A stretch of 53,118 nt of DNA, filler included, from Basidioascus undulatus (taxonomy: Eukaryota), in NCBI GenBank assembly GCA_000826855.1. It is 4 parts of 4 records of this genome, joined end to end, with 100 filler letters (N's around TTAATTAATTAA, not from the genome) between each part and the next. Parts side by side here need not be neighbours in the genome. Positions count along the whole stretch, not along the records: positions 1 to 13,208 come from JTLS01000830.1; 3 more parts are not named here. One strand, given 5' to 3'. Positions 1-13,208 of this stretch are shown piece after piece. The notes beneath the pieces were generated by a model. The model made no database searches. It was not told where the DNA came from and was given only the letters and a program-made list of their open reading frames with translations. Each line of letters opens with the position of its first letter. Position 1 is the first letter of the stretch. A program made the translations under genes and the position numbers.

Positions 1-423
1 GTACAGCTGCAGGGAGGGAGGAGGAGCGGGAACGGACGATTCGCTGTTGTGCTGCTTTGCCATGTTGGGTATGGGGATTGCGACCAGTTTTCGGGTGCGA
101 TCGTGGGGTTAGGCTGGGCTGGTTTGGGCGGTCCCCTTTTATATTCCCGTGCCATCTTATTCGTCTATGATACCGCCCGGAAGCTCTTGGCTGACGGGCA
201 ACTGCTTCGCCCTCCCCAGAGTGAACCGGTAGTCTGCGCCCAAGAGTGGGCCGTGGCGCCGGCTCGGTACAAGGTTTCCAAAGAATACACGGTGGGACGT
301 CCCAAATCACTGGTCAGACACATAACTGCGCGATACACATGCCAACAAGAGTCTTGCAGGCGTTGTGGGGTATTGTGAGCGTCAATGAGCGTCACAGGAG
401 CAGGAGGCGGAGGTGTGAGTTAT

Positions 424-1607
424 TTACTCATCCTCTCCTCTAATACAATCTGACTCTGAAGGGGTGGGTACTGGTGCGACACGATCTTGAAAGTCGCCCC
501 GACGGGCAGGGAGCTTCCACGCAAGGGCGACCCATTCGGTCTTCCGTGGAAAGATCGGCTGTTCGACTACATCGAGCGTGGGCAGCTGATGTGATTCATT
601 GCGTCTGCTTTGCGATGCTTGCCTTGCGTCTATCGTGGGGATGACTTTGACTCGGAGTAGGCCGCGCAAGCAACCATATGGGGCTGATCTAATGAGGTGT
701 TTCATCAATTGCGATGGACTTCGAACAACATCGTTACTTATCAGAAATCCATCAAACATCCCGAACCTGCCTTGCACCACTCTGCTGCGTCGACTGATGG
801 GATATGGGGCATTTTGTTATATCTCTCATCCAGGGCAGAAACAGCTAGGAACGAATTTCTCCAGTACAGATATTTTTCTTTATCAGCGGTGTGGTGTCCG
901 CAATGAGTTTGGGCGGGCGGCCGCTCACTGTACGGCCCTCAGGCTCGGTCGGCACTGTCCGCCTCTACGATCTCACAGATAAAACGCCTTGGGCGGCGTA
1001 AACCAACTTGAATGTCTGGTCGTTGTTGGCGGCGCTGATGGATTGAGGCAATAAAAGCGAATGGCGAGCCTCTCCAACCAACGAAGCGTCGAGACAATCG
1101 ACAAGATGCACTGCGGGAGCGCGTTGACGGCAAGGTCGAGCGTGCGCATCTGGGAAGAAACCTCTTCGAATGACAGAATGACTGTGGGATCGAGCGTGTG
1201 GATGTAATCGAGCTGGAGCACGGTGACCCGCTTGGCTCGGGCGATGATGCCTGTGAACGGATGCCCAGGTTGCAGCGGCTGCTCGTCGTTCAGCTTCCGA
1301 GCGAGAGGTGTCCCAGGCGGACTTTCCCTCCTTGTCCGTGCAGAGTCGCGAGGACAGCGGCGAAGCGCTCAAGGTCTCTGTCGGGTTCGAGATGAACGCG
1401 GCGCAAGATTCCGTAGATCCCAGTTCAGCGTCTGCGAAACACCACAAAGTCGAGGAGGTATGAGAAACCAATCACGTTCCAGTCTTTGTAGACGAGCATG
1501 AGCTAAGGATCTGCTCGAAGTCGTGAGGGTAGCTGCAATGCGCGAGCGAACCCGAAGATGTGCGCCCACAGCTCGGTGGACACGAGTCCAATCGGCGAGG
1601 TATCCAT
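424..1607 (-). pseudogene. Decayed F-box/LRR-like gene
   Basis: From ATG 1607: MDTSPIGLVSTELWAHIFGF...ADP*LMLVYKDWNVI. This matches F-box-like LxxELWxxIF and LxLVxKxW motifs, with an in-frame TAG. Downstream LRR-like pieces (MRTLDLAVNALP, LRWLERLAIRF) lie in shifting frames. 3' limit approximate. Confidence 0.5.
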
Positions 1608-2390
1608 GGTCCGACCAGAGGATGGTAAAGGGTGATAATTGAACAAGAATGCAGGCAAGAAGACCGTCGGGGAAGGTGGTGATGGCAGGAGGGCAACTGT
1701 CGCAGGCTTGCCGCCGCCGAACCGCCATATCTGGACCGCCACTTCCGGGCCGCCGTTGGTCGTCACTTCCGACTCTTCGGCCGTGAGGGGTCGGAGTCGC
1801 TGTGACTCTATCGAGCACTCAACCATCCGTGACAACCTATGTCTTCAATTGTAGCATCGTCGATTCCATTCTAACAGATAGTTTCGTGTGAAAAGGTCTT
1901 GCAGCGCTTCGCGACTGCGCATGCCCATAGGGTGGTTGGGTGTGAGTCTGTGAGACTGCGTGTTGGGCTGCATATGCCAGAAAGGTCTGCAATGAGTCTC
2001 GTGACAGATTGAATCTCGGTGAGAGGAGACTGCATTATGCGGGTTTAGGTCAGGCGGCTGCCAAAGCTGGAAATGTCGATGTCCACATGCGTCTTGCCGC
2101 TTATAACCGACGTCGACATCGACACGGCACCCGCTGTCAATTGTAGTCATGATTTTTCGCATCCATGGGCTACACCGTTCAAACAAGGATCATCGTGTTC
2201 CCCATATGCTCTGCGTCGTCTTCTGCAAACCATCTGACTGAAAGTGGGCGAGCTAGTGCAAGGTCCGCCCGCTAGTGGCCCGCGCCTTGTGGACCTCGCT
2301 TTCCCATAAAGCCGGGTCCTTCTTTTCAGAAAACCACAATCCTCTTTCTTCGCTCACCGAAGTCCTCCTCATCCCACTCAGACAGTCGTC

Positions 2391-5300
2391 ATGCAAGGCG
2401 ACGGTCATTTGCTCGCTGCGGCGCTTGCCAGCTGCCTTCTACTAGCGGCAATCCCGTCGAGCGCTGTGAAGCCTTCCGATCATGGTGAGAAGCACTGGAT
2501 TTCCCTGCCGAGCGGTCATGTAGCTAATTCACTTCTGTAATCCCAGTAAACACCTTCATTGGAACGCTCAATGGCGGACACGTCTTTGCCGGGGCTACGC
2601 TGCCTTTCGGAGCAGTCAAAGGTGAGCATTGTGGCACGTTTGCGACATCCCCTTCCGTTGTGACACCTTTCCCGTAGCCGGAGCCGATTCCGATTCAACC
2701 GACAATCAAGGTGGCTACGTCTCAGATGGTTCTGGGATTCGCGGAATATCCCAGCTGCACGATGATGGCACCGGCGGCGGGGCGTCGCTGGGTAACTTCA
2801 GTGCGTAGCCAATGGATCGAAAATCATTTTAGGTAGTTGACCTGCAGTTCTGGGCTGTAGAACTTCTCCCCCTTGACTGCTTGGTGGTAGACGGTACCGC
2901 TGGAGACAATGGCAACTGCGTTGTAGCCGAACGCGCAAGGACTGTACCACAGATCCCGGGGAGCGCCCGTGAGTTTGAGTTACAATACAAAGTACAGTGC
3001 TGTAATAGATCTCACAATGCCTTTTCAACGTAGAGTCCTTGCCCGGATATTTCTCCATCGGCCTCGAGCCGTCTTTCACGGCCGAAGTCACCGTCACCGC
3101 CCACGCAGCTCTGCATCGTTTCACGTTCCCGTCGGACGCACAGTCGCCCACACTGCTGTTGGATCTCACAAACGACCTCAGCCACAGTTTCCGAGGCACG
3201 GGTAGCCTCGATCTTCAGAGGCAGGGCGGCGAGACGAGAGTAAAGGGTTCAGGCCAGGTCCTCCCGAGTTTTGGTGAAGGGTCTTACGAGGAAAGCATTC
3301 TTCGAACCTTGAAGTTGGAAGTCTGAACTGAGCATCCAGTAGAAACAGGTGTACTTCTGCTTAGACGTGAACGGCGTCGCGGGTACAGCAACGTACATCG
3401 GCAATGACATCTCTACCGCAAGAACATCCTTGACCGGCACTGTCTCCGCAAGGCTCAGTGCGTCCGCCGCTACTCCACTCATATCCGTCGACATCTCTTA
3501 TTGTGTTTTGAAGACGACGAGGCCGGCGCTCTCCTCTCGTTCGACAGGGATTCGCTCCCGGACTCGCAGGTCCTCGCCCGAATCGGGATCTCCTGGTCTT
3601 CAGGTACGTCTTGGATGCAGCATGAACAGGCGATTGTGCTCTGAGGACATTCTTTCCTGCAGCGGAAGCCGCTTGCGCATACGCGGAGTCCGAGATACCG
3701 ACATTCGCGTCTGCCTCAGACTTTGACAGCGTCAAGGCTGCCGCACAGAAAACATGGGACGACTACCTCGGCGTCGTTCAAGTCAGCGAGGACGGTGTGG
3801 CGGAGTCGGTTCTCGAAGTGTTCTGGTCCTCGGTAAGTAGTGGATCTCACGAAATACACGGGATGACCATTGAAATTTGGCTCTAGCTTTATCGAACGCT
3901 CATTAGCCCCTATAATATCACGGGCGACAACCCACTCTGGACCTCGAGCGAGCCATTCTACGACTCGTTTTACTGCATCTGTGAGCCCGTAGGCTGCGTA
4001 CGAGGTCGACAAAGCGAACGTATAGCATTCTAACAAGTGTCTCGCAGGGGATTCTTACCGCGTGGTACTACGCTTTCAATGAGCCGCCAAGACATGCACT
4101 CACTGACTCCATCTGCTCGCGCACAGGTCCATCCCCTCCTCACGATCGTTGCCCCTCGAGCACAAGCGGAGATTCTTCGCGCGGTCATAGACATCTACCG
4201 CAACACCGGCTTCCTGCCCGACTGTCGCATGTCGCTTGACAAAGGTTTCACACAAGGGGTGGGTCAACGCTGCTTTCTTACACGCTGCCGACTCATCTTC
4301 GTCGAATCATGATTATCCCTATCCGCAGGGTTCCAATGCAGACAACCTGCTCGCCGACTCGTATGTCAAGGGCTTTACTTCGCCCGACCCAGCACACCCG
4401 ATCGACTGGGAGACCGCCTACGAGGGAATGAAGAAGGACGCGGAAGTTTCGCCGCCTAACTGGGGCCTCGAGGGGCGAGGCGGTATTCAGGCTCGGAAGG
4501 AGCTTGGTTACGTTCGTGCGTCCACACCACCTCTTACTCACACTAGAGAGACCGTTTCCTCAGCCTCGGTCCCGTCTCGCAGCCGTCGATGACACGTCCG
4601 ACCCTGCCGGGACCGGTACGAAGGGCCGTAGCGCGAGCCGTACCCTCGAATATGCGTACAATGACTTGTGAGTGTGACTGTTGAAGGTTGAACCTGCTAG
4701 TTCGCTAACGTTCGGACGGCCACAGCGGCATCGCTCTGGTCGCGAAAGGCCTCGGAAAGAGGGAGGATTTCGATCACTACAGTAAGGCGTCCGACGACTG
4801 GTAAGTGAGTTCGTTCTCAACAACACGTATGAATCGCTCAATATCGCCGACTTCCTCAGGAAGAACCTCTGGAACCCGGATACTACGGACTCTGGCTTTT
4901 CAGGCTTCATTCAGCCGCGTTACAAGGTGATACACCGGCGTCCTTGAGGATTAGAGGCGATGAAGAAGCCTCACATGCTCAGCTCCACAGGACGGTACCT
5001 TCCAAAATGCGGATCCTAGGCGTTGCTCGCCGGCGTACCAATTTGGCACCTGCTATCTGAACGATCAAGGGTAAGCTTGTGCCTGGTTCTGGATGGACCT
5101 TGTGCATCCCTGAAACACCGTATTGTAGGGGCGAGTTTTACGAGGCCAGGTATATTCGTTAAATCCCAGACAGGCCGTTGAGCACCCACTGACATGGTTC
5201 TGGAAACCGCAGCGCTCACCAATACAGCTTCTTCGGTGAGTCCTGCTTTTGAGTGAACGTCAAACTTGTAGGTCTCCTCTCACACCCAAGAGTTACGTGT

Positions 5301-6102
5301 TCAGTCCCGCACGACATGGCGTCCCTCGTTCCGCTCATGGGCGGGAAGGACACTTTCAGTGCTCGGCTCGATGCGCTGTGGGCGAACCGCTACGGCGACA
5401 TTGGCGACGAGCCCGGCTTTTTGCCGAATTGGTTGTGGCACTACGTGGGACAGGTACGCACCAAGTTATATATTTCGTCATGGTTTCCCAAAAATGATCT
5501 CCGCTGACTACAGTACAACTGGCGGGGTGCAGCCGAGCAAGACAGCCGACCGAATTCGACAGCTCATACCTCAGTTTAACACTTCTGTGAACGGCATCCC
5601 TGGTAACGACGACAGGTAATAGACTCTATAATTCGTAGCTCATACCTGCTCGTACTGAAAGGTGGACCGTTACGTCGCAGTGGCGCGACGGCTGCCTTCG
5701 CTGTCTTTAACCTCCTCGGCTTCTACCCCGTGGCTGGTACGTCGCACCTCCCGCAGTGGAATCTACTCCCAGCAGCCCAGTTTCTCTCCTTCTTTGCACG
5801 CAGGACAAAGCGTATACCTCCTCTCCGTCCCCTTCTTTTCCAACATCACCTTCTCCACCGGCCCTCGTAGCAGCACCCAAATCATCTCAACCAACTTCGA
5901 CGCCTCGACGCCGCAGTACATCCAGTCCGCCACGCTGAACGGAAAGCCCTTCACGCGTAACTGGATCAGCCACCAGCAGCTCTTCCCCGCCGGCGATGCA
6001 GTTCTCGAGTTCGAGCTCGGACCGCAGCCCGGAAGCTGGGGCACTGCCGACGAGGACCTGCCTCCCAGCAAGAGCACGGGCGGGAAGTTCGCGGAATACT
6101 GA
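2391..6102 (+). CDS. Secreted glycoside hydrolase family 92 alpha-1,2-mannosidase, about 22 exons
   Basis: Signal peptide MQGDGHLLAAALASCLLLAAIPSSA. Manual splicing yields GH92 motifs GHVFAGATLPFG, HDDGTGG, FYDSFYCIWDSYR, TQGGSNAD, SRTLEYAYNDF, FYEAS, PGNDDSG, YIQSATLNGKPFTRNW. All introns GT-AG except 3291-3348 (GA-AG). Confidence 0.93.
3291..3348 (+). other. Putative non-canonical GA-AG intron in GH92 gene
   Basis: TACGAG|gaaagc...ctgag...aaacag|GTGTAC joins SFGEGSYE to VYFC in phase 0. The unspliced frame stops at TGA 3324-3326. Confidence 0.6.
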
Positions 6103-6771
6103 GAAGAAGTTGCATGATTGGTTTTATGTTGGGAGTCACCATAATGTATCATGAACTTCGAATAGTCAGTTAGCTTGCGTTGTGAGCAGAATCCATGAAG
6201 CGATATGTAATTGCCGTCCGGTGAGCGTTCCAAGCCTGATAGATTGCACTGCCAATTGTCCGTGGCCATATTCTAAAGTCAAAAGTGACGGCAGGATGGC
6301 TGGTCGAGAATCGCGGAGATGAGGTCGGCCTGCCCACGCGCGGCAGCGATATCCCGCGGCGGGTCGTTGCGGCGTTCGAACGGGAGCGGTGCAGTGGGAT
6401 CGAACATGGTTGAAAGAATGTCATCGAAGGTTGAGAAGGGTTAGCGATGCGGGGTATCACTCAATGCGGAGCGGTCGTGTCGTGGTCGTGAGGCAAGAAG
6501 ACGAGTGCGTCGGACTTGCGTGACGAAACGCCGAAGCCAAGACAAATTCGAGAGAAGGTTTAGTGACGATGTTCCCTAATGGGAGCCCTACCACACACGA
6601 ACTGAGGGCGTGTCTACAAATGTAAGTATGCGTGAACGATGATGGTACAACAAGCTGATGCGGCCCTGTCCCCCAGCAATGCTCGTCAGGTCGCATGTCC
6701 CATTTGCCCCATGCCCGCAACAACGACTTGTCACTCACCTTCCTCTCTCCTCCATACCACGGTATGCGTCT

Positions 6772-7032
6772 CTACTCCTCCATCGCCTCCTCCCCCTCAA
6801 ACACCTTCTTCTTCTGAGGCGTAGACGAGGGCTCCGCCTTCGCTTTCGCCTTCCACGCGTTCACGTCCCGCCCCGCCAGGCTCGCCTCTAGCTTGAAGAG
6901 TGATGCGCGCTCGGTCGTGGGCGCCGTGTAGCCGTCAAGGAACTTGCTGAGGATGCGCTGCGCCTCCGCGGGCGACAGCGGCTGCGCTGAGAGCCGGTTG
7001 AAGATCGGCGGGGCGGAGAGGGGGCGGTCCAT
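6772..7032 (-). CDS. Small 86-aa protein, candidate RNA polymerase I subunit A14 (Rpa14/Ker1-like)
   Basis: Intronless ORF with GC3-rich codons: MDRPLSAPPIFNRLSAQPLSPAEAQRILSKFLDGY...ASLFKLEASLAG plus a K/E-rich tail. Pattern resembles fission-yeast Ker1 and yeast Rpa14 from memory; not searched. Confidence 0.45.
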   Translation of the reverse strand: MDRPLSAPPIFNRLSAQPLSPAEAQRILSKFLDGYTAPTTERASLFKLEASLAGRDVNAWKAKAKAEPSSTPQKKKVFEGEEAMEE

Positions 7033-7515
7033 TGCGCGAAGAGTGAGAGGTGCTGCAGGCCAGCAGGAATTGGGGATGAACAAAGAGGTGGTTCTGGAGT
7101 AAAATGCAGTGTGATGCGCACCGGTACCGTGTGCTCGGTGAGCGCAGACAAGGCAGAAGGCAACGCACGAAGTCCCACCAAATCTTGCTTCACGTGACCT
7201 TCATCGTCACAGAATCGCCAATCAAGCTTCCAAATACAGTCCCGCACACGCGCTTGTATCGTCAGAGCGGAGCGTTCAGTCATTGATGCGACCAGAAAGA
7301 CAGGCAGGAGAAAGAGGATATACAGCGCGCGGCAGATGTGTAACAAGCGAGACAGGGATATGGACAAAACAGAGCACTCCGGCGTGCGCGCCCGAGCCGG
7401 ATCTCCAGGGACCGAGGAGGAAGGGAGTAATGTAGATCTAGATATGCAAGCAGGCCAAATGATGATCAAGGGAAGCGAAAGCGAAGTGTGCGGGAGGAGA
7501 AAGGAGGGACGGCGC

Positions 7516-10500
7516 TTAGGCGTGAGCCTTGGCCTCGGCGGGGACGAACCTGCGGAGCGGCGGAGATCAGGAAACAGTGGAGAGAGGGGAGAGAGAGCGC
7601 GGAAAGGGACTCACTCCTTCCAGGAGCGCACCTCCGAGGGAATCCGGCCCTCGACGTAGCCCTCAAGACCGCCCTCGGGGATCTTCTTCGCCAGCGCCGA
7701 GACGAAGAGCCTGATAGGAGAGTGAATGGCGTAAGTCATAAAGAATAAAAGGAAGGAAGCTGCAAATAGCACGTACTCCGCCAACCGGGCGTTGTTAATC
7801 AGGGGCAGACCGAAGTCGACACTGTGGAAGGCGCCGCTCGTAAGCCGACGATGTTCCCCAGAAGGGCGAAGAGAAGAGAGATAAACGCGCCAGTTCCGGC
7901 GAGCGACGTAGTCCTCGTCGAGCGTGTCGCGGCCGCGGCTCTTGGCGAGGTTGATGACGCACTGGATCTCGTACTCCTCAAAGACCTCGCGGAGCTTGCG
8001 CTTGTCCTTGGTGGGGAAGAAGATGCGCTTGCACGTCACGTAGTCGAGCGAGTTGAGGAAGCGCTCGACGTCCGGGTTCGAGCAGTACAGCTTGAAGCCG
8101 AGGTTGATCAGCTTGCGCGCGACCGACGCCATCTCGGGCTTGGCGATGTCGCCGCCGATCAGGATGCCCTTGCCCGCCTTGGGCACGCGGAAGCCGTTGG
8201 TCGACAGCAGCGACGCCCAGTACGCCTCCTCGACCGTGTTGCCGAACGACGCGACCTCGCCGGTAGACGCCATCTCTGCGGGATACCGAAAAGGTCACGT
8301 CAGCTCCTCGTTCATTGCAGTCCATCTCAAGCACTGTTGAACACGCACCGACGCCAAGGAAGGGGTCCGCGCCCGCGAGACGAGTCCACGAGAACTGCGG
8401 GACCTTGATCGCAACGTAGTCGCGCTTCTCCTTCATGAGGTCGACCGGCGCGGGAACGTTCTGACCGACGATCGCGGCGGTCGCGACGTCGATGAAGTTG
8501 GTACCGAGCACCTTAGAGACGAAGGGGAACGAACGCGAAGCACGAAGGTTGCACTCGATGACCTTCAGCTCCGCAGGCTCGTCGCCGACGGGCGGCTTGC
8601 GGATGATCTGCATGTTGAAGGGACTGCAAACCCACCACGATATATTAGCCGGCGCCAAAAACCAAGCCGTTGGTAAAAAACGTACCCAGAGATCTCGAAC
8701 GCCTTCGCAACCTTCTCCGCGATGACCTTGAACCGGTCAAGGTCGCCCTCGGAGAGCGAGAAGGGGGGCAGGACGAGGGTGGCGTCGCCGGAGTGAACGC
8801 CGGCGTTCTCGACGTGCTCAGACACGGCGTGGACGAGCAGCTGGCCATTGTGCGCGACGGCGTCGACATCGATCTCCTGCGCGTTGTCGATGAACTGGGT
8901 GATGACGACCGGGTGGTCGGGCGAGACCTCCGCTGCCGCGGAGAGGTTGTGCTCGAGCGTGGACTCATCCCAGACGACGTTCATCGCCGCACCGGAGAGG
9001 ACGTAGGACGGGCGGATGAGGACGGGATAGCTGTGTGGCATCATCCCAACCTTCAGCTTCCTGGGTGTCACGAAAGTCCCCCTGATTTCGCTTCGACGCA
9101 CCCAACCTTCGCCGCGAACGCCTTAGCGTCATCGAGCGTCTTGGCCTCCGTCCACGCGGGCTGGTCGACGCCGATCGAGTCAAGGACAGACGAGAACTTG
9201 TGGCGGTCCTCGGCCATGTCGATCATCTCGGGGTCCGTGCCGAGGACCTTGACGCCAGAGCGCTTCAGGCGGAGCGCGATGTTCTGCGGGAGCTGGCCTG
9301 AAAAAGCACACCAAATCGCTTTTGTAAGTGGGTGATGAAACTGATAGGGGAAGGGAGAACGCGCAACGCACCACCGACAGAAACGATAACGCCCTCGGCG
9401 CCCTCGAGCTCGTAGATGTCCATCACGCGCTCCCAGCCGAGCTCCTCGAAGTAGAGGCGGTCCGCCTCGTCGAAGTCGGTCGAGACCGTCTCAGGGTTGT
9501 ACTGTCCTCCTCAGTCCAAATGAGCACCGTTTTCAAAGGGAGAAGAGCTCGAGGAGGCGCATGAAGAACGCACGTTGATCATGACGGTCTTCTTGTCCAT
9601 GCCGCGGACCGCACGCGCGCACGTCACGGCGCACCAGTCGAACTCGACGGACGAGCCAATGCGGTAGACGCCCGAGCCGAGGACCATCGTGCCCTTGTCG
9701 CCGAACTCGAGGTCGTGCTCAGAAGCGTTGTACGTTGTGTAGAGGTAGTTGGTATGGGCGGGGTACTCGGCCGCAAGCGTATCGATGCGCTTGACGAACG
9801 GCGTGACGCATGCGGCCTTGCGCGCCGCGCGGACGGCGTCCTCGCTCGCGCCCGTCAGGTCCGCGATCTGCGTGTCCGAGAAGCCCATCTGCTTCGCCTT
9901 GCGGAGGATGGGCTCGCCGAGCTTCTCCAGGCCGCCCGCGGCGCGCAGCGCCTTGTGCAGGGCGACGATATTGTCGAGCTTGTAGAGGAACCACTTGTCG
10001 ATCTTGGTCAGGTCGTGGAGCTTGTCGACGGAGTAGCCCTCGTTGAGCATCGCATGCGCGATCGCGAACAGGCGGCGATCCGTCGGGACGCGGAGGGCCT
10101 CGTCGAGGTCCTCAGGCTTCCAGTAGGCCTCGAACCCGGCGAAGCGCGGGTCGACCTGGCGCACGGCCTTCTGGAGCGACTCCTCAAACGTCCGCCCGAT
10201 TGCCATGACCTCGCCGACGGACTTCATCGACGACCCGACGTCGCGCTGCACATACTGGAACTTGGCAAGGTCCCACTTCGGGATCTTGGTCACGATGTAG
10301 TCGAGCGAGGGCTCGAAGCACGCCGTCGTCGTCTTCGTCACCGCGTTCGGCAGCTCCGGGAGAGTGTGGCCGAGCGCGATCTTCGCCGCCGTGTACGCGA
10401 GCGGGTAGCCGGTCGCCTTGGACGCGAGGGCGCTGTGGCGAGGGAGGACGGAATATGAATGTGCGAGGTCAGGAGAAATGTGGCAGGAGGGAGACGTACG

Positions 10501-11976
10501 AGGAGCGCGAAAGACGGGCGTTCATCTCGATGACCATGTACTCCATGCTGTTGGGGTTGAGCGCGTACTGGACGTTGCACTCGCCGACGACACCAACGTG
10601 ACTGTCAGTTTGATCACAATATGAGTAATTTCGTCTGGCGCGGTCTGCTGGGAGAGGAAGACGTACCGGACGATCTTGATAGCCGCGGATCGGAGCATGT
10701 GGTACTCGGCGTCGGTGAGAGTCTGGGACGGGGCGACGACGATCGAGTCACCGGTGTGGATGCCAAGCGGGTCAAAGTTCTCCATGTTGCACTGTTCCAG
10801 CCCAATCCACCCGCACCCATCACAGGATCAGTCTCCCATCCTGTCTCCCCCACCCGGAGTACCAAACGAGATACTGGACGCACGCAGATGATGACGTTGT
10901 CCGCGGCGTCACGGACGACCTCATACTCGACCTCCTTCCACCCCTTGAGCGACTTCTCGATGAGCACCTGCGGGCTGAGCGAGAGTGACTTGGCCGCGAG
11001 GTCGCGGAGCTCGTCCGCGTTGCTCGCGAAGCCGGAGCCGAGACCGCCGAGGGAGAAGGCCGAACGGAGAATGACCGGGTAGCCGATCTTCTCGGCGGCC
11101 TGCAGAGCAGCAGGAACGGTGCCGACGGCGACGGAGTGGGCAGCGGGAATGTCGATCTCTGGTTGATTGACCCAGAGATAAGCTTATCTCTGCGGGCGAG
11201 GAGGCGAGGAGGAAGGAAGACGCACCGTTCAGGGCCTGGACGAAGAGGTCGCGGTCCTCGGAGACCTCGAGGGTGCGGATGGGGGTGCCGAGGACCTGGA
11301 CGCCGAGGCGGTCAAGGACGCCCATCTTGTCGAGGGCGATGCCGACGTTGAGCGCGGACTGGCCGCCGAAGGTGAGGAGGATGCCGTCCGGCCGCTCCTT
11401 CTCGAGGATGGACGCGACGTAGTCGGGCGTGACGGGGAGGAAGTAGATCTCGTGCGCGAGGTGGTGCGAGGTCTGGATTGTCGCGATGTTGGGGTTCACG
11501 AGGATGACCTCGATCCCGGATTCTCGGAGCGCCTTGATGGCTTGCGAGCCTGGAGGTGCAGAAGAGGGTCAGCGGTCCGCTTGGCGCCAGCCTCTCCTGG
11601 TCCATTGCTCTTCACCAGCAACCTCTTCCCACTCTCCCTAGACCCGCAAGAGAATCTGCGACTCACCAGAGTAGTCAAACTCTCCCGCCTGGCCAATGCT
11701 CAACCCGCCCGACCCGACTACCAGCACCCGCTTGACATCGGGCTTAGGGATCTTGGGGAGGACCTTTGCGGATATCCGGCGCGCAAGGTCCGAGGGAGAG
11801 TTGAGCTCGCCGCTGCCGATCACGGAAGAGGCCGCGACGGCGGGGGCGGGGCGGGAGGTGTGGAGGAGGCGGGAAGATGCAGAGGCGGCGGGGCGCTGCT
11901 GCTGGAGGATGGAGGACGAGATGCGGCGGGCACCGGCGGCGGGCGCGCGGGCGGTCAAGAGTGATGAGCGGAACAT
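7516..11976 (-). CDS. CPA2: Carbamoyl-phosphate synthase large subunit, arginine-specific, mitochondrial
   Basis: Presequence [18 protein letters not shown]; motifs [95 protein letters not shown]-terminal MGS-like region ending [15 protein letters not shown]. No glutaminase, DHOase or ATCase domains, so not URA2. Confidence 0.97.
7822..7890 (-). other. GC-AG intron in CPA2
   Basis: CGGAACTG|gcgcgt...ccacag|TGTCGAC restores ARRNCVDFG. Confidence 0.8.
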
Positions 11977-11984
11977 CGTCTGGG

Positions 11985-12073
11985 CTGGAGGAGGAGTCAA
12001 GGGCGACAGGGGCGTGGGCGGGCGTCAGCCACCGAAGGGAAGATGGGAAAGTGCGGGCAAGACGTGGACTGAC
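11985..12073 (-). other. Probable 5'-UTR intron of CPA2
   Basis: AAG|gtcagt...gctgac...ctccag|, ending 8 nt before the ATG. Confidence 0.55.
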
Positions 12074-13208
12074 CTTGCCGCTATGGGGAATGGGGAGTGC
12101 GTGCGGCGGGATCGGGAGGACAAAGGGAAATGAGTGCCCGACGCCGGCGGGAGGAGGAGGAGGAGGAAAAGCGAGTGACGAAGGGAAGTAGGGCGGAAGG
12201 AAGCGAGAGACCCGATGAGGAGGGCAAGCGAGAAGACCGTAACGAGTCAAGCGAGCAGGCTTTGCGACAGAAAAATGGGCAGGCGGCAAAGACGCGCGAT
12301 AAGCCGCTGCCCCTGAGACAACCCGCATTCTATACAAATTTACTGGCCTTTTCCACGTTATTAATTATTATGCACTCTTTCTAGCCTCCCATCGCCGGCC
12401 GAGCAGTCCGAACGGTTCTGAAACTCAGGCTGCTTTCATCCGATGAACTTCCCTCGCTCGCCATGCCATGATCATCGGATGCACACTCTCGGAAACGCAG
12501 CGATTTCTTCCGACGTTCATATCTTGTCGGAACCAGACGCAAACAAGGAAAAGAAGCAGTCGAGAGGCCTATCAGCACTCGTCCTTCTTATCTGTGCATC
12601 CGACCATGCCGCCTCGCCGCAGGTCTGGCTGAAGAGCATGATGGCATGCCCCTCCTCTGAGCCTTGCGCACCATAGCGACATCTAATTCAAGAGCAATTC
12701 ATCAGCACCGTCAAAACTATCCAGTTCCGTGAACCAGCCTGACTCGTGACTGTCGAGAAGCCGGACCGGCGCTGCCTTGCGAAGGCCTATTGATCTCGGT
12801 CTGCGGTCAGCTATCTCACTTGGATATTGCTGCATGTCTCGCAGCCGCCGGACGATCGGGTGCGTTGGGGACGTGAACGCGGCGATGAGGTTGCCGAGGG
12901 TGGGCTGCGCCAGGCGATCGGTAATGGAACGGATGGACATGCTGCGAGTTTGTAAAGTAGCTGTGTCACTAATCGGCCGGGCACCACGCGAAAGCAAGCA
13001 AACACGCTTACAGGGTGAGCTCCCGAATCGCCTTATGTAGGCCGTGGTGCAGTCGCAATACAACGGTGAGCGGCGCGGCAAGTCCGTGGACTCCGATGAG
13101 GTCGGAGAGACACGCCGCACTTGCAAGGCGGTTCTCGGCGAGCTCCTTCAGCGTTACGCCCTCGTTGCGGAGGAACGGCTCGACGCGGGTGCGGACGCGG
13201 GTGCCCTT

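Noticed and set aside
11977..12340. Arginine attenuator uORF or Gcn4-type TGACTC site upstream of CPA2
   Set aside because: The attenuator peptide belongs to the small-subunit gene and no such uORF is visible. A single TGACTC hexamer near 12244-12249 is expected by chance.
12381..13208. Possible 3' part of a minus-strand gene with an intron near 12961-13011
   Set aside because: Could not find a consistent reading frame or family; truncated by the linker.
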